DNA of 63,369 nt, the filler included, from Circinaria calcarea (Eukaryota), in NCBI GenBank assembly GCA_051942165.1. It is 15 parts of 15 records of this genome, joined end to end, with 100 filler letters (N's around TTAATTAATTAA, not from the genome) between each part and the next. Parts side by side here need not be neighbours in the genome. Positions count along the whole stretch, not along the records: positions 21,200 to 25,334 come from JAVECS010002450.1; positions 25,435 to 29,566 come from JAVECS010002451.1; positions 29,667 to 33,795 come from JAVECS010002452.1; positions 33,896 to 38,023 come from JAVECS010002453.1; 11 more parts are not named here. One strand, given 5' to 3'. Every line of letters starts with the position of its first letter. Position 1 is the first letter of the stretch. Of this stretch, positions 21,508-34,421 are shown piece by piece. Position numbers and translations under genes: made by a program. Under the pieces are notes generated by a model, which was given only the letters and a program-made list of their open reading frames with translations, was not told the origin of the DNA and did not search any database.

Positions 21508-23378
21508 TTAGCCTCCCACCTCATACTTTTCCCCCAAACTCCTGATGATATAGAACAGTAAATACGCCTCCGCTTCCAACACCTGCCTCTCCTCCGCCAG
21601 TGTAACCTTGCTATCATCAAACTTGAACCACTGATCATCGCGGCGACAGTAACAAATATAGTGTCCCGCGTCAATTTTCCCCAGGTGGACGACTACACAC
21701 GAGAGGTCGTACCAACCTGGGGAACGGGAGGTGTAAGGGTGGGACGGAGGTTCGGCGAGCGGATTGGAGGAGTTTTCAGGGGGGTTCTTCTTGTAACGGT
21801 GGGCGCGTGTGGTGTATGGAGACATATCAAGTTGAAGGGGGAAGTGGAGCTTCGTGTCGATTTTTTGGGGGTTGGATTTGTTGTGTTCATAGCGCTTTAG
21901 TAGGTTATTAATAGTTGGTCAGGTTTTTGATATAGGCGTTCCAAGGAAGGAAGGGTTCACTAACCTTGAGTTGGATACATAAGGTTGGCGGAAGCTTTTT
22001 GATGGTTAGATGCTTCCTGGCTCTTTGCGGGGTGTTACCGCATTCGTCGGACTTGCAGGTATAAGCGTCAGTTTGAAGCTTTTCAGAGGTCGTAAAATTC
22101 CGAAGACATGTCGATAACTCGAGCGGTGCTTCCGTGCCGGCGGCCTTGGGATCTAGTTTCCGACGCTTGACTTGGGTTCTCAGGTCGAGACTTAGATCGA
22201 TAATTGGGTCTTCTGCAACGGTGACATTGCGGCATTGCAAACAGGTCACGGTGCTGCGTAATTTCCCAAAAAAGGTTTGATGGTAGAGACAGCTACAGGC
22301 TTTGGAGTCTTTGCTCTTCATGCAGCCGCTAGAGCTATGGAGCTGATCGAGCATCGCCTGGAAGTACTCATGAGCGTCTTGTTGTTGGTATCCTGCTAGG
22401 CCCTATGCTACACATTAGTCAAGAGGCATCATCCGGGAACAGATATCGTACAGGATGGTTTCGCCAAGATTTATGAAGCAGCTCTACCGGCCCATGGCCA
22501 TCAATCTTTTCGGTCGCTAGGATATCCGAGAAAGAGGCAGTTAGCGCACAAGCAATGCAGTTCTCAATAGAGCATTCGGCTCCATCGTGACGGCTCGCAA
22601 GGAAGAAGTTCCGCATGAGCGGGTTATGGATCATTGCTTGCAAGATCACGCTCATGTAGCATGTCTGGCCCAAGTTGAAGATACCTCTGGGGGCCCCGGC
22701 CTGACATGATAGCATGTTCGCGTTTGGCAGTACGAATTTATTCTCTTCTCCTTGAGGATATATGGCGCTTAGCTTACGCTTTCGCCTGTCTTGACACATT
22801 ATTAGCCTTGAGTTTCCGTTAGCATTGGTTTAGTGACTCACTGCTCGAAGATGGTACTTGCTGCTGCACTCGAATCCTTTCCAAGGCGGGATCATAGACA
22901 AAGTCATCACAACACCCGCAGTAGAGACATCCTGATCGACTCTCAATGCCTTTTGTGAGCAATCTTAGCGACTCCATGTATAGAAGCAGAAACTAGAGAA
23001 CCCACATAGTGCGTGCTTCCGTGATTGATAGTGGCTGTCCCTGTCTTCGAGAGTGGAGATGGTTGAGCATTGTAAACATAGGTAAGTCGGGCGTAACGTA
23101 GTGATCGAGATCCTCTTCGGCTCCTTGGGATCCTTGGTAGTTTGAGCTTCCAGTGGCTTCCCAATGATGGCTTGGAGATTTATGTACGCATTCGTGAGTT
23201 TCTCTGAGACGTCTGCCGTTTCCGACATGAAGTTTTGCAGATGCTCTGTATTACATCAGACCGAGGAAAAGAATATCTGGCATTACCGATATATACCACA
23301 TCCATGCTCAACATCTCTTACAGGTGCAATAGCTGGAAACGATGCTACAGCCTTGGCATTCCCTCCAGACTTGTCCAT
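21508..23378 (-). CDS. UBP8: Ubiquitin-specific protease Ubp8 (SAGA DUB module), multi-exon
   Basis: ZnF-UBP Cys/His pattern, Cys box GIFNLGQTCYMSVILQ, YQQQDAHE, and His box GHYICYCR..WFKFDDS..EAYLLFY. Confidence 0.9.
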
Positions 23379-24157
23379 TACAGCTTTTGATACTGGGCCG
23401 TCCGAGGGAAGATCAGGACGTGAGTGAATGCATAAGAGTAAAATGCAATCTCATCAACACGATACAATTGAAGCTAGATGCTGTAGTGATGCCAAGACTC
23501 AGAAGTAGAAGGAAAGGGGGGTTTTACAGCGATACGCGGTATTGAAGATGATACATCTAAGAGGTCGAGGAGAAAGGAACAGAGAACTCAAGGTCAAAAG
23601 TACACGAACACAGACAAAAGCAGTATCTATGATCTTCGGTTACGGACTAGATAAATATCATTCGGTAATCACGACCTGTGCGGCTCTTTTTTATAGACCG
23701 GGCATCCCTGGCACGAGGCTGTCGGGTGGCGGTCGGCTACTGGTTGATCTCCCGATCCGCACTTTACTGTATTTGGTCGAGTATTTCAGAAGCCCTAGAC
23801 CTGTTTCGCTGCCCCTTATTCAACTTGCATTACCATGTCATCTTTCTACAGAGTAAATGGTATAATTACCAAATAACTATAAATGCCTATACATCATGTG
23901 GTCTTTCCTAGTCTCGTCCGTGTCCCCCGAATCCTTCTATAATTTTCACAATGCGAAATGAATCGGAAGCCTAGGCGAAGGTAACGCGCTGATGCAAGAC
24001 GCTCCTAGTACCCCAATCTTGACATATTACCCCAGGCTCAGAAGTCCATAAAGTCTATACCGCCTAGAGGCTTCGGTGTAAAAGCTAGCCAATACAGCGG
24101 GGCTTTCTCGCCCTCAAAGGTTTACCAATTACTAACCGCAATATATTGCTTGGGTAG

Positions 24158-25279
24158 TCAAGGTCCTAGTCTTTGTGTTGAGCCTAAGAATGTCATAGGG
24201 ACAGAGCCCTCTCCTAGCCCAGCTGATGCTGGAGCCGAAGTAGGCAGCACACCATATCTCCCGAATGTCTTCTGGTCCACAGAGACATAATGGGGAAGTC
24301 GACCAAGCAAGTTCAATTTCCCTTCAATCCATCGAAGTATCTTTTCGGGTGGGCCCAGTACCTTCAAATAACCAAGTCCATCTGGAATGGTTTAGTGAGC
24401 TGTGTCGGCGTAGGAAAGGGGAGAGGATATTGGTGGGAGAAGAAATAACTAACATATATAGCCCACGCCGACACTGCAGAGGAGGCCAAGGAAAGGGGTG
24501 TTGGGCAAAAGGACTATGGCGAAAAGGAGTATCACGAGGGGTGACGTCCAGGTTGGTATACGATAGGTGCTTATACTTTTGGTGAAATTGTTAGTTTGGT
24601 GAAAGTGTTGATTCAAACAGATCCATGCCTCTTACCTGAAATATGGATTAGCTCGATAGGCTTTCATAGCTTCAACGCCTAACAATACAAAGATCCATAC
24701 ACTAGAATTCAATTAGCGTCGCTCCCTACCCCTGACGCTCATCCAGCGTCGTACCTGGCGCCTTGTATAGGAACATTGCCTCTCAAAATGCCTCGCTCAA
24801 TCAGGAGGTAGGCGGCAGCCGGCAACGTTGACAACGCTGCTTGGAGATCAGCAGCACATCGCAGCAGTAAAGAGCCTCATGTATATCCAACTTACGTCCG
24901 AAGAACATGGCCGCGGTTGTAAGCGTCCCATGCTCCGCTTCGAATCGTTCCATCAACGGTGTGAGGGCGAATGCATTTAGGAGCGCGTCAAGGAGGTTGA
25001 TGTGAATTAATGGATAGGTATTGAGGCGGTACACTATAAGTACAACCCACTGTTAGCTTTTAGGAGTCTGCTCGAGCACCCGGAATGAGATGGTCTACTT
25101 GTCCCAAGTCCAACTTGCTTTGGCACGAGACCTCCCCATTGGACGACATCCCAGGCGGACTGCAACTCTACCACCCAAAATACAGCGATGAAAAGCAGAA
25201 TTACACGCGTAAATAAGGGTAGGCGGAACACATAAGATCGCAGCCTCGCGGGATTGAGTGAAGGTAGGGTGGGTGCCAT
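24158..25279 (-). CDS. RBD2: Rhomboid-type protease Rbd2, multi-exon
   Basis: LRSYVFRLPLFTR, MYRLNTYPLIH, LTPLMERFEAEHGTL, FLGHLC and LPHYVSVDQKTFGRYGVLP. Confidence 0.88.
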
Positions 25280-26046
25280 CAAGGTCAGGAATCCTTTCAA
25301 GCAATTCGCGTGAACTCCAAATGTATCAACGATTNNNNNNNNNNNNNNNNNNNNNNNNNNNNNNNNNNNNNNNNNNNNTTAATTAATTAANNNNNNNNNN
25401 NNNNNNNNNNNNNNNNNNNNNNNNNNNNNNNNNNGGGGGAAGGAGGGAAAGAGGGGGCGCCTAGTCGAGAACCAAAAAAAGGGGAGAGGTTAGCGTTTTT
25501 TCTTTCTTTTTTGTGAGGCGGGGAATGCAGATAATTGCTCTTTGGGGCACGGAGATGGAATCGAGGAAAGGGAGATTCGACTCGATTCGATTCGATTCGA
25601 GAGAACCTTTGAACGCGGGGGGTTCCAGGACTTTTGGGAAGGTTCTGATTTGAGGATTTGAGGAGGGCGGAAGTTATGGGGAATGGGACGGTGGTAGGAC
25701 GTTTGGTAGAATAGCATAGCATAAGATAGCGATCCGGGGATACGAAAAGTTCATACAGCTGTGTCTGTCCTCCTGCTCCCCCAGTAGGCCTGCGCTACTT
25801 CTACTGGCCGGCCCCGTATCAGGATCCGATCCGATCGGTTATCTGCGATTGCGATTGCGAATTCCCTTCCGTGTGGAGGAAGTGATATCGAGTGTTTGAG
25901 GGGTAAGATATTTTGAGAGAGAGTGGAAAGCTTGAGAAAGGATATTTGAATTATTTGATTGAGAATAGGGAGGGAAGATAGGGGAGAAAATGGGTTAATA
26001 TGATTGTGCTGGTCGAACTTTGAATTTATTATATCGGGCACAATGT

Positions 26047-27576
26047 TCAAAATTGCAATTTACACTCCATCGACGCTCCCTTTTCTTTTCCGCTTCTCAG
26101 CATATTCTCCATCTACCCCACCGAAACGCCCGTTAGCCCTCGCATCCTGTCGGTGTACTAGACGGTGAAGGGGACGAATACAGGATAACAATGACAATAG
26201 CAGAACGGAAGATCCAACCACTCACCAGTTCCAGGTCCGCCAAAGCCTCCTCGGGCATCTGCCTGTCATTACGCCTCCCTGCCACCAGCGCCTCCGTCCA
26301 CTTCCTCACTTCAGGTGGAACCCCTGTACGCTCATTCGCCACCTCCACCTGTTCTTTCTTCTCCTCTCCGCTCTCCCCGCCACCGACAACAATCGTCGTA
26401 ACGGTAGGAACCGCCCCCAACAACGACACCCGCACGCAGCCCCCTTTGCACGCGACGACCCACTCGCAATCCCGCAGGCTCGTCCCAAAGGAAAGCGAGA
26501 AAGTGCCCGTGGCGCCCGATTGGGTCTGCAGGGATGCGGCGACGGTGTCGACAGGGGGCAGGTGCGGTTGCAGTTGCGTGGTGTAGGCTGAGAGCCGGAC
26601 GATAGGGTCCGAGGGGCCGAGCAGGAGGCGGAGAGCGGCAGCGAAGTGAACGCCGCCGTCGAGGAGGAAACCGCCTTGGTGGGTGGGGGTTTTGCGCCAA
26701 GGGGTGTCTGTTCCGGCGGGCCTCACCGGGTTTTGGTCAGTTACTGATTTGGTATATGGGTACATGGGTCTGCTGGATGCTTGCTTGTGACTGGTATCGA
26801 TTGAACCCGGTGGAGACGGTTTGTTTGGTGGCCCCTATGGGTGTATGGTTTTTGAGGGAGTTCGTACGTACCATACCATTTACTACTTGCTGGGTCTATC
26901 ATCTCGTGCATTGCGGCTCTGAATCCCACAATGCGTCCGAGGCATTGCAGTTGGCGTCGAGCGTAGTCAAAGCTGTTCAAGTAACGGTAGTTTTCGGCGA
27001 CGCTCCAGAACACTCGAGTGGTATCGACAGTGGTATGGTACCAACTGATAAGGTCCTGAGCGTCCTCGACATTTTCGGCTATGGGTTTCTCGGACAGGAC
27101 ATGTTTTCCGGCTGTCAGTGCTTGCCGGATGTATGCTGGCTGGTTAATGATGGGCAAACTGCGTTCCTTGAATCAGTATCAGGGACAGGACGCCGGCAAT
27201 TCTGAGACTAACGCAATAACAACAGCTTCAATATCAGAGCGCTTGATAAGATCTGCGAAACCATGTCCGTCACCAGAGTCTTCCGAATAGAGATTGTCCT
27301 CTGAGAGGGTTGTCGACGAAGCAAGATTCTGGGCTGATTTGAGAGACCTGGAGTATATTGCTTTCAAGCTCAAATCTTCGGTAGCCTCGACGGCGGGCTT
27401 GTATTCATGAGTATTGGGTTCAGATGGATGATTGCGAGTGATATACCAGGTGCTCCTCCCGGGCAAAAATACCTACCACATAATGTGAGCATAGAAACTC
27501 AACGGTAGTTTAAAAGAAACGGTAGAAGAGATGACTTGTAAATACCTCCTCCGATTATTGCTACTCCAATGGTCAT
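26047..27576 (-). CDS. Gfo/Idh/MocA family oxidoreductase, multi-exon
   Basis: MTIGVAIIGGG (Rossmann fold), GKHVLSEKPIA, VAENYR and GGFLLDGGVHF. Confidence 0.9.
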
Positions 27577-28472
27577 CCTGAAGCAATCCGTGAAAGGGGG
27601 CGGGATACCCTTGCCACTATCTCAAGGAGAGCCGATTAGTCCACTGGGAAGGGAACCACGATCTGAAAAGAACGACTGGTTTGCAAGTTGCCTATATATG
27701 CCAGTTACCCCATATCACTCCCCCCAGGTTAATAAGATCCGGGTCGATGGTTTTAGGTTGCTTTTATTAGACCATTGATCTTATCCTGCTTATCTCTCCG
27801 CAACGATTCGAATAGTAAGCCGGAGTCCTGAACTGGCTGCGGGAAAGCAACTGAATACTAATTTAGGCAATATGGGAAGGTGGCACCGAGCATTTCTGCA
27901 ACGCTCCTCCTATCAAGGTCGGTGACAATGTGCTCTAAGCAGAGGTACGGAATTAGCTCGGATGATGCTCGCAGGCTCCTGCACAGACAGGTAGTGAAGG
28001 CTAAACGAATCGGTTCCGCTCCTGCTCGGAGATGATTTTGCTCGGCGGCCTATGCAGACGTACCTTAGTATGTGCATATTCAAAGCAAGATCGATATGAT
28101 TTTTGGACTAGTCAAGGAGATTGGGACCTTTGGCGTGGTGATCACAATACTTTCCACCCGGCTTCTAAACGCACTACAGTATCTAGCGGTGATGGCGTTA
28201 AGCCCAGCCGGAGAGTTGAGAAGAGTTGGCTGTGGCCATTCCCAAGGACGGGTCCCACCGGGCGTAGTTCGGGGCTTGAGCTGGTACTGCATTCTACAAA
28301 GCTGGAGATGAAAGGCGACGAGATGGAGCGGGGAAAGTCAAAGTGCCCAGCTATAGCCAACATGGGCATTGCAGTTCCCTCCCCCTTCAAGAGACTACAG
28401 TATAAATTCCACCGAATCAAGAGACCTTCTTCATTCCCTTCATCCTTCCTTCCCATCCCATCCTCTTCCAAG

Positions 28473-29537
28473 ATGCAGCACATGAACTATACATCCGAGC
28501 TGCCTCCACTGCCCTCCTACACTCTCCAACCCCTACCTCCACTGCTCTCATTCATCTCAGACCCTTATCTTTCCCTCGCCGCACCCGTCATTGCGTACTG
28601 GGGGCTCTCCTTCATCTTTCACTTCATAGATACTCAGGACCTTTTCCCACAGTACCGGATCCATCCCTCACCGGAGCTGCTGAAGCGCAATACCGTCTCA
28701 AAGGCCGCGGTTGTCAGGGCCGTTTTCATCCAGCAATTCCTGCAATCTGTTGTTGGCATCTATCTTGCGGGAGAGGCCGATGTGTACGGGAAGGAGGACT
28801 ATGACATTGCGGTTTGGGCATCAAGGATCCGACTCGCGCAAAAATATATCCCAAGCTTGCTGGCCCTTGTTGGGGTCGATGCTCTAAGGCTGGGCAAAAC
28901 CGTTGGTGCTTCCTTTTCTGTACTGGGTGGCCTGCTTGCGGGTGGCCGTTACCCGAACCTTGATCCCTATCACGCCAGTGGTCCCACGTTCGCTGCGTGG
29001 GAAATGTTCTTGGCGAAATCTATATACTGGGTCGTGGTGCCGGCCTTTCAATTTTGCGTTGCCGTCGCCATTTCGGAAACCTGGCAGTACTTCCTCCACC
29101 GCCTCTTTCACAGTAATCAATGGCTCTACCGTAAGCCGCTTCTCCCCCACCTCTCCATTCGTCCAACCTTTAGGCTCTTTCTTGCGTCCTTTGCTTCACT
29201 TCTAACCTATTAAGCCAAACGATAACGACGAAAATGCTGACGTTTATCCTCTCAAGGCAACGTCCACTCCCTCCACCACAAACTTTACGTCCCGTACTGC
29301 TGGGGCGGCCTGTACACCCACCCAATCGAGGGGATCTCCATTGATATTGTTCAATCCGTACTCAGCGTCATCATCACAGGTCTCACCACTCGTCAGGCTA
29401 CACTACTATCGGTCTTTACCATGTATAAATCCGTTACCGACCACTCGGGGTATTCGTTCCCCTGGGATCCATTGATGTGGCTTAGTGGAAACCGTAGCGA
29501 GTTTCACGATCTGCATCATCAGGGCTGGGGATTAAAG
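28473..29537 (+). CDS. SUR2: Sphinganine C4-hydroxylase (Sur2-like, fatty acid hydroxylase family), 3' truncated
   Basis: N-terminus LPPLPSYTL, His boxes HRLFH / HSLHH / HDLHH, the DHSGY motif, and an intron at 29131-29256. Confidence 0.85.
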
Positions 29538-30667
29538 GTCGGTTTTCTTTTCCGTTCTTCTCTGTTNNNNNNNNNNNNNNNNNNNNNNNNNNNNNNNNNN
29601 NNNNNNNNNNTTAATTAATTAANNNNNNNNNNNNNNNNNNNNNNNNNNNNNNNNNNNNNNNNNNNNGGAGGGAGATGAGTGGAAGTGGGCGATTAGGGGC
29701 TTGGTGGGGAGGTAAGGCCTTGACGGCTTACGAAACTACTTCTCTCATCTATCTTTCTCTGCAAGCTGGTAGGGTACTTGGATATTGATGCAAAGCGAGT
29801 CACTCTAGCGAATGGAGCGTCCAAGCGTGAAGAATAAGTAGCAGTCTGTATTTATAAAAATAGCTATCAATCGACTCTGCACTATAGATTGGAGAATCAC
29901 GAGTGGGCTATTATTGGTCTTGCTGAGGGGACGCGGAGAGGCGCAACCTGTATCGAAAGATACGGTTGATTGCCAGGACCGCTTGAAGCGGAGTAAAACG
30001 AGTCAAGTCCACGCATGTTGCAAGTCAGGGTGTATCTCGAAGAGAGGTGTTGATATTACCCATTTTCCTGAGAGCTTGGTACTGAGGTGGTTGTGTTGAA
30101 CAGGCGCTCACTGGACAACCTGCAACAAAGGATTTGGGAGGTATCTCGGATCCGTGACGAAAAACTCCTTCGTCTAATAGTGACAAGACGATATGGGTAC
30201 TATATACATCCTGGGTCAATTCGAACTAGAAAAGGGAACAAAAGGATGTAGCAACCGTCGGTAAGAAACAAGACTTCATCGGGCTTCTCGTCTGAGAATC
30301 CTCGTTTGTCCCATTACAGTGCCGTCGTAGATCACGTGCTCTAGGTGCACGTAGCAGAGGAGAATGAGGTGCGAGAATATATGCGTGAGCATACAAGTCC
30401 AAATTCTCCTACAATAAGTCGTGACCGGAATGAGTGAAGAAAGAAAAGAGTTGCCGGGGCCAACGAGAGCTTCGATATATTTCGGAGACGGAGCAATGTA
30501 ATCGCCGTCTCTCGGCCAGCGAATCAGCATCGATTGGTTTGATTGCAGATAGGGCTGAAGGACGTCAAGATTGGAGGCGGGCATACTTCTTCTTTGACGG
30601 TTGATCTGATCAAGCATACCTTGACACAGCCAAGAATTCTTCCTCTCTTTTCCTTTTCATTTCTGAC

Positions 30668-33252
30668 ATGTTGCGGACTCATCTTGCCCGGTCTGCAGCT
30701 CGGGCAACCAGAGCTGCACGGTCGAATGCGCCAAGGACCTTTGCCTCTACCCCTTCGTGGCTGGCGGAGGTAGAGCTCACGATAGGTAAGTGGCGCATAC
30801 AACTTAGGGTGGCTCACTATCTAATATAGCTACAGATGGCAAGAAAGTATCAATAGAAGGTAACTGGCATGCTCCGACCCTCGAAACAGAGTCCTGATAT
30901 GCGCAACAGCGGGCTCCGCTCTGATACAGGCTTGTGAGAAAGCTGGTGTTGTTATACCAAGGTTGGTGAATCTCCAATGATAGTGAAAGCCTACAGTGCT
31001 AATGGGTTTATCCGCAGATACTGCTACCATGAGTATGTGCGCCACCTTACTATTCCTCCGATTACGTGCTAACGAATCTGCCCAGAAAGCTCATGATTGC
31101 TGGCAATTGTAAGAAACTTATCTGGTTACGGACTTGATCAGGGCTTATGACGTGTAGGTCGAATGTGTCTAGTCGAAGTCGAACGATCTCCCAAACCAGT
31201 AGCGTCATGCGCATGGCCTGTTCAGCCAGGAATGGTTGTGAAAACCGACTCACCCCTTACACACAAAGCCCGGGAAGGTGTCATGGAGTTTCTACTAGCG
31301 AACCATCCCCTGGATTGCCCAATCTGCGACCAAGGTGGAGAGTGTGATTTACAGGATCAGTCCATGCGGTATGGCGCCGATCGAGGTCGATTCCATGAGC
31401 TAGGTGGCAAGCGAGCAGTGGAGGACAAGAACATGGGACCGCTGATCAAAACATCAATGAACCGATGCATACATTGTACGAGGTGTATCAGATTCGCAAA
31501 CGATGTCGCTGGAGCACCCGAGCTTGGGTCAACAGGGAGAGGTAATGACATGCAGATTGGTACATACCTACAAACAAGCCTTAATTCGGAAATGTCTGGA
31601 AACGTCATCGATCTATGTCCTGTTGGCGCTTTGCTTTCGAAGCCATATGCTTTCCGTGCAAGGCCCTGGGAGCTGCTGCACTTTGAATCAGTCGACGTAC
31701 TTGACGGGTTGGGCTCAAACATAAGGGTGGACGCAAGAGGACTGGAAGTTATGAGAATTCTACCTCGGCTGAATGACGACGTCAACGAGGAGTGGATCAA
31801 CGATAAATCTCGATTCGCGTGCGATGGCTTGAAGACACAACGGTTAACGACTCCGTTGATAAGACGAGACAACTCATTCCAACCTGCTTCATGGGAACAA
31901 GCCCTCGTAGAAATCGGCAACGCATATGCGAAGCTCTCACCGAAGGAGAACGAGTTCAAGGCCATAGCGGGACATCTGGTAGAGACTGAGTCTTTGGTTG
32001 CGATGAAAGATTTAGCCAACAAGCTTGGATCCGATAATCTTGCTCTGGATCAGCCACAAGGCAGTCAACCAATAGCACACGGCATTGACGTCCGAGCAAA
32101 CTATCTCTTCAATTCAAAGATTTTTGGCGTTGAAGAAGCCGACGCTATTCTCCTTGTCGGCACGAACCCCCGACACGAAGCTGCTGGCCTCAATGCCCGG
32201 ATAAGAAAGCAATGGCTCCGTTCTGATCTTGAAATCGGCCTTGTAGGCGAACCTTTTGACGGTACCTTTGACTTCGAGCACCTTGGTGCAGACGCTTCTG
32301 CCCTCAAGAAAGCCCTTGCTGGTGCATGGGGTAAGAGACTACAATCAGCCAAGCGACCCATGATTATCGTTGGTAGTAGTGCTGTAGAACATCCCGACGC
32401 GAAAGCAATCTTTGAAACCGTTGGTTCATTCGTGGATAAGAACACCGTCAACTTTATAACTCCCGAATGGCAAGGCTATAATGTCCTACAGCGAACCGCC
32501 TCCCGTGCCGGTGCTTACGAAGTCGGCTTCACTACCCCATCCCCTTCTGTTGCAAACACAACCCCGAAAATGATCTGGTTACTAGGAGCCGATGAGATTT
32601 CGGAATCAGATATCCCCCCAGGAGCATTCGTAATATACCAAGGCCACCATGGTGACCGTGGCGCTCAACTTGCAGATGTCATTCTGCCTGGCGCTGCTTA
32701 CACCGAGAAATCAGCGACATATGTCAACACTGAAGGGCGCGTCCAGATGACCCGTGCCGCAACAGGCTTACCTGGTGCCGCCAGAGATGACTGGAAGATC
32801 TTGCGTGCTGCGAGCGAGTACCTAGGTGCCCCGCTCCCGTACGATGACATCGAAAGCCTGCGAGATCGGATGGAGGAGGTGAGTCCGGTCCTACGGCGGT
32901 ATGATGTTGTAGAGCCAAGTGCCATGGGCGCGTTGAGCAAAGTGCAATTGGTAGATCAAAACAAGGGTAGTAAGGCGAGCGGAGAACCGTTTAGAAGGGT
33001 GATTGAGGATTTTTACTTTACAGACTCGATTTCGAGGAGGTTTGTTTCCCCCTTTCCTTTTCATTTCATCCATCCGCTGTCGATCCGTTTTCGGAAGTAC
33101 GAGGTTCAGAAGGGCGCTTTTGTTGACTTTTGGTGATTTGATATTATAGTTCACCAACGATGGCCCGATGTTCGGCGGCAAAGAGAACGGGTAATTCGGA
33201 CACGAACTTCATGGCGCCTGGGGAGCCGCAACCTCAGGTTGCTTATGGGTGA
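30668..33252 (+). CDS. nuo78: NADH:ubiquinone oxidoreductase 78-kDa subunit (NDUFS1/NuoG), multi-exon
   Basis: Fe-S motifs IPRYCYH, GNCRMCLVE, HPLDCPICDQGGEC and RCIHCTRC, with a mitochondrial presequence. Confidence 0.97.
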
Positions 33253-34421
33253 AGGAACGGAACTCTGTTTCGTTAGGGGAGGATAAAGATTTCTTTTGCA
33301 GTGAGAGCAAGGGCAAAGAAGAAGGCTGTGGGCGCTTTTTGCCTCTTTTTGTGACAGGGAGGCGGCGTCTATACGAAGGGGGGGTGCATTATACATACTT
33401 CCGAGCGGATATTGATATTCATCCGAGTCTTTGAAAGAAAACCACAAATTCAAATGTTTTTCAAACAATTATCGCTATATCCTCTTTTTTCCCCCCCGCA
33501 CATGGATCTTTCTAACATCTTTTTTTGCCTTTGCATGTTATATGTCACAGTATTCGACTCAAAATTTCCATATTCCTCCCCCCCCTCCCGTGGGCGGGCG
33601 GGCGCCATTCTTCCTCCAAAAACCCAAAAACCCAAAAAAATTCCTCCTTTTCGAAAGTTTCTTCTCTATTCCATTCCGTTCCGATCGCATTAACGAGTCA
33701 CTGTCTGTCCATTGTGATGGATTTTGGCCATAGTAATGGCTTTGCAGATCTTTTTATTTTTTTGGGTTGGGGGGGGGGCGGGTTTTTTTGGGCCTNNNNN
33801 NNNNNNNNNNNNNNNNNNNNNNNNNNNNNNNNNNNNNNNTTAATTAATTAANNNNNNNNNNNNNNNNNNNNNNNNNNNNNNNNNNNNNNNNNNNNGATGT
33901 TTTACCCTTTTTCAATGATTATGTCTTATGAAGCTACGGATTATAATAGAAAAAAATCTCACCCGTCATCATGCACGGGAAAGTTTAGCAAAAAAAAAAA
34001 AAGGGGCACTATTTCTTTCTTTCCGGTACCAGACTAGACTAGAATTAAGATAATAGAACCTATTGATTGAGCTCTCGCCCGAGCAAATAGCCAAGCAAAT
34101 AGCAAGAGCAACAGCCAGCTCCGCAACCACAGTAAATGAACAAGGGAAAGTTTTGCATGCGAGATCGCCCGGCTTTCCGAAAACCCGTTTTCCATCTCCG
34201 AAAAGAATCCATTTCAAGGTTCCCCTGACGCCATAACCCGAGTATTCCGTATATAAATCATCCCTCATCCCTAATGCCTTTCCATTGCCGTTGCCGTTCC
34301 CGTTTCCAGGCTAAAAAGCACAACCAGCAAATCATCGTCCAAGTTTTCATATCCGTAGCTTCATAAGACATAATCATTGAAAAAGGGTAAAACATCCCTC
34401 ATCATTCGTCACCCCACATCG

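Noticed and set aside
28032..28472. N-terminal extension of the 393-aa ORF
   Set aside because: Sur2 homology begins at the ATG at 28473, after a TATAAA and a CT-rich leader; the upstream part is probably promoter/UTR.
29725..29750. Minus-strand ATG AGA GAA GTA GTT TC|GTAAGC resembling an alpha-tubulin start (MREVVS)
   Set aside because: Only six codons, poor start context and no downstream exon on the contig; more likely chance or an internal exon of an unidentified gene.
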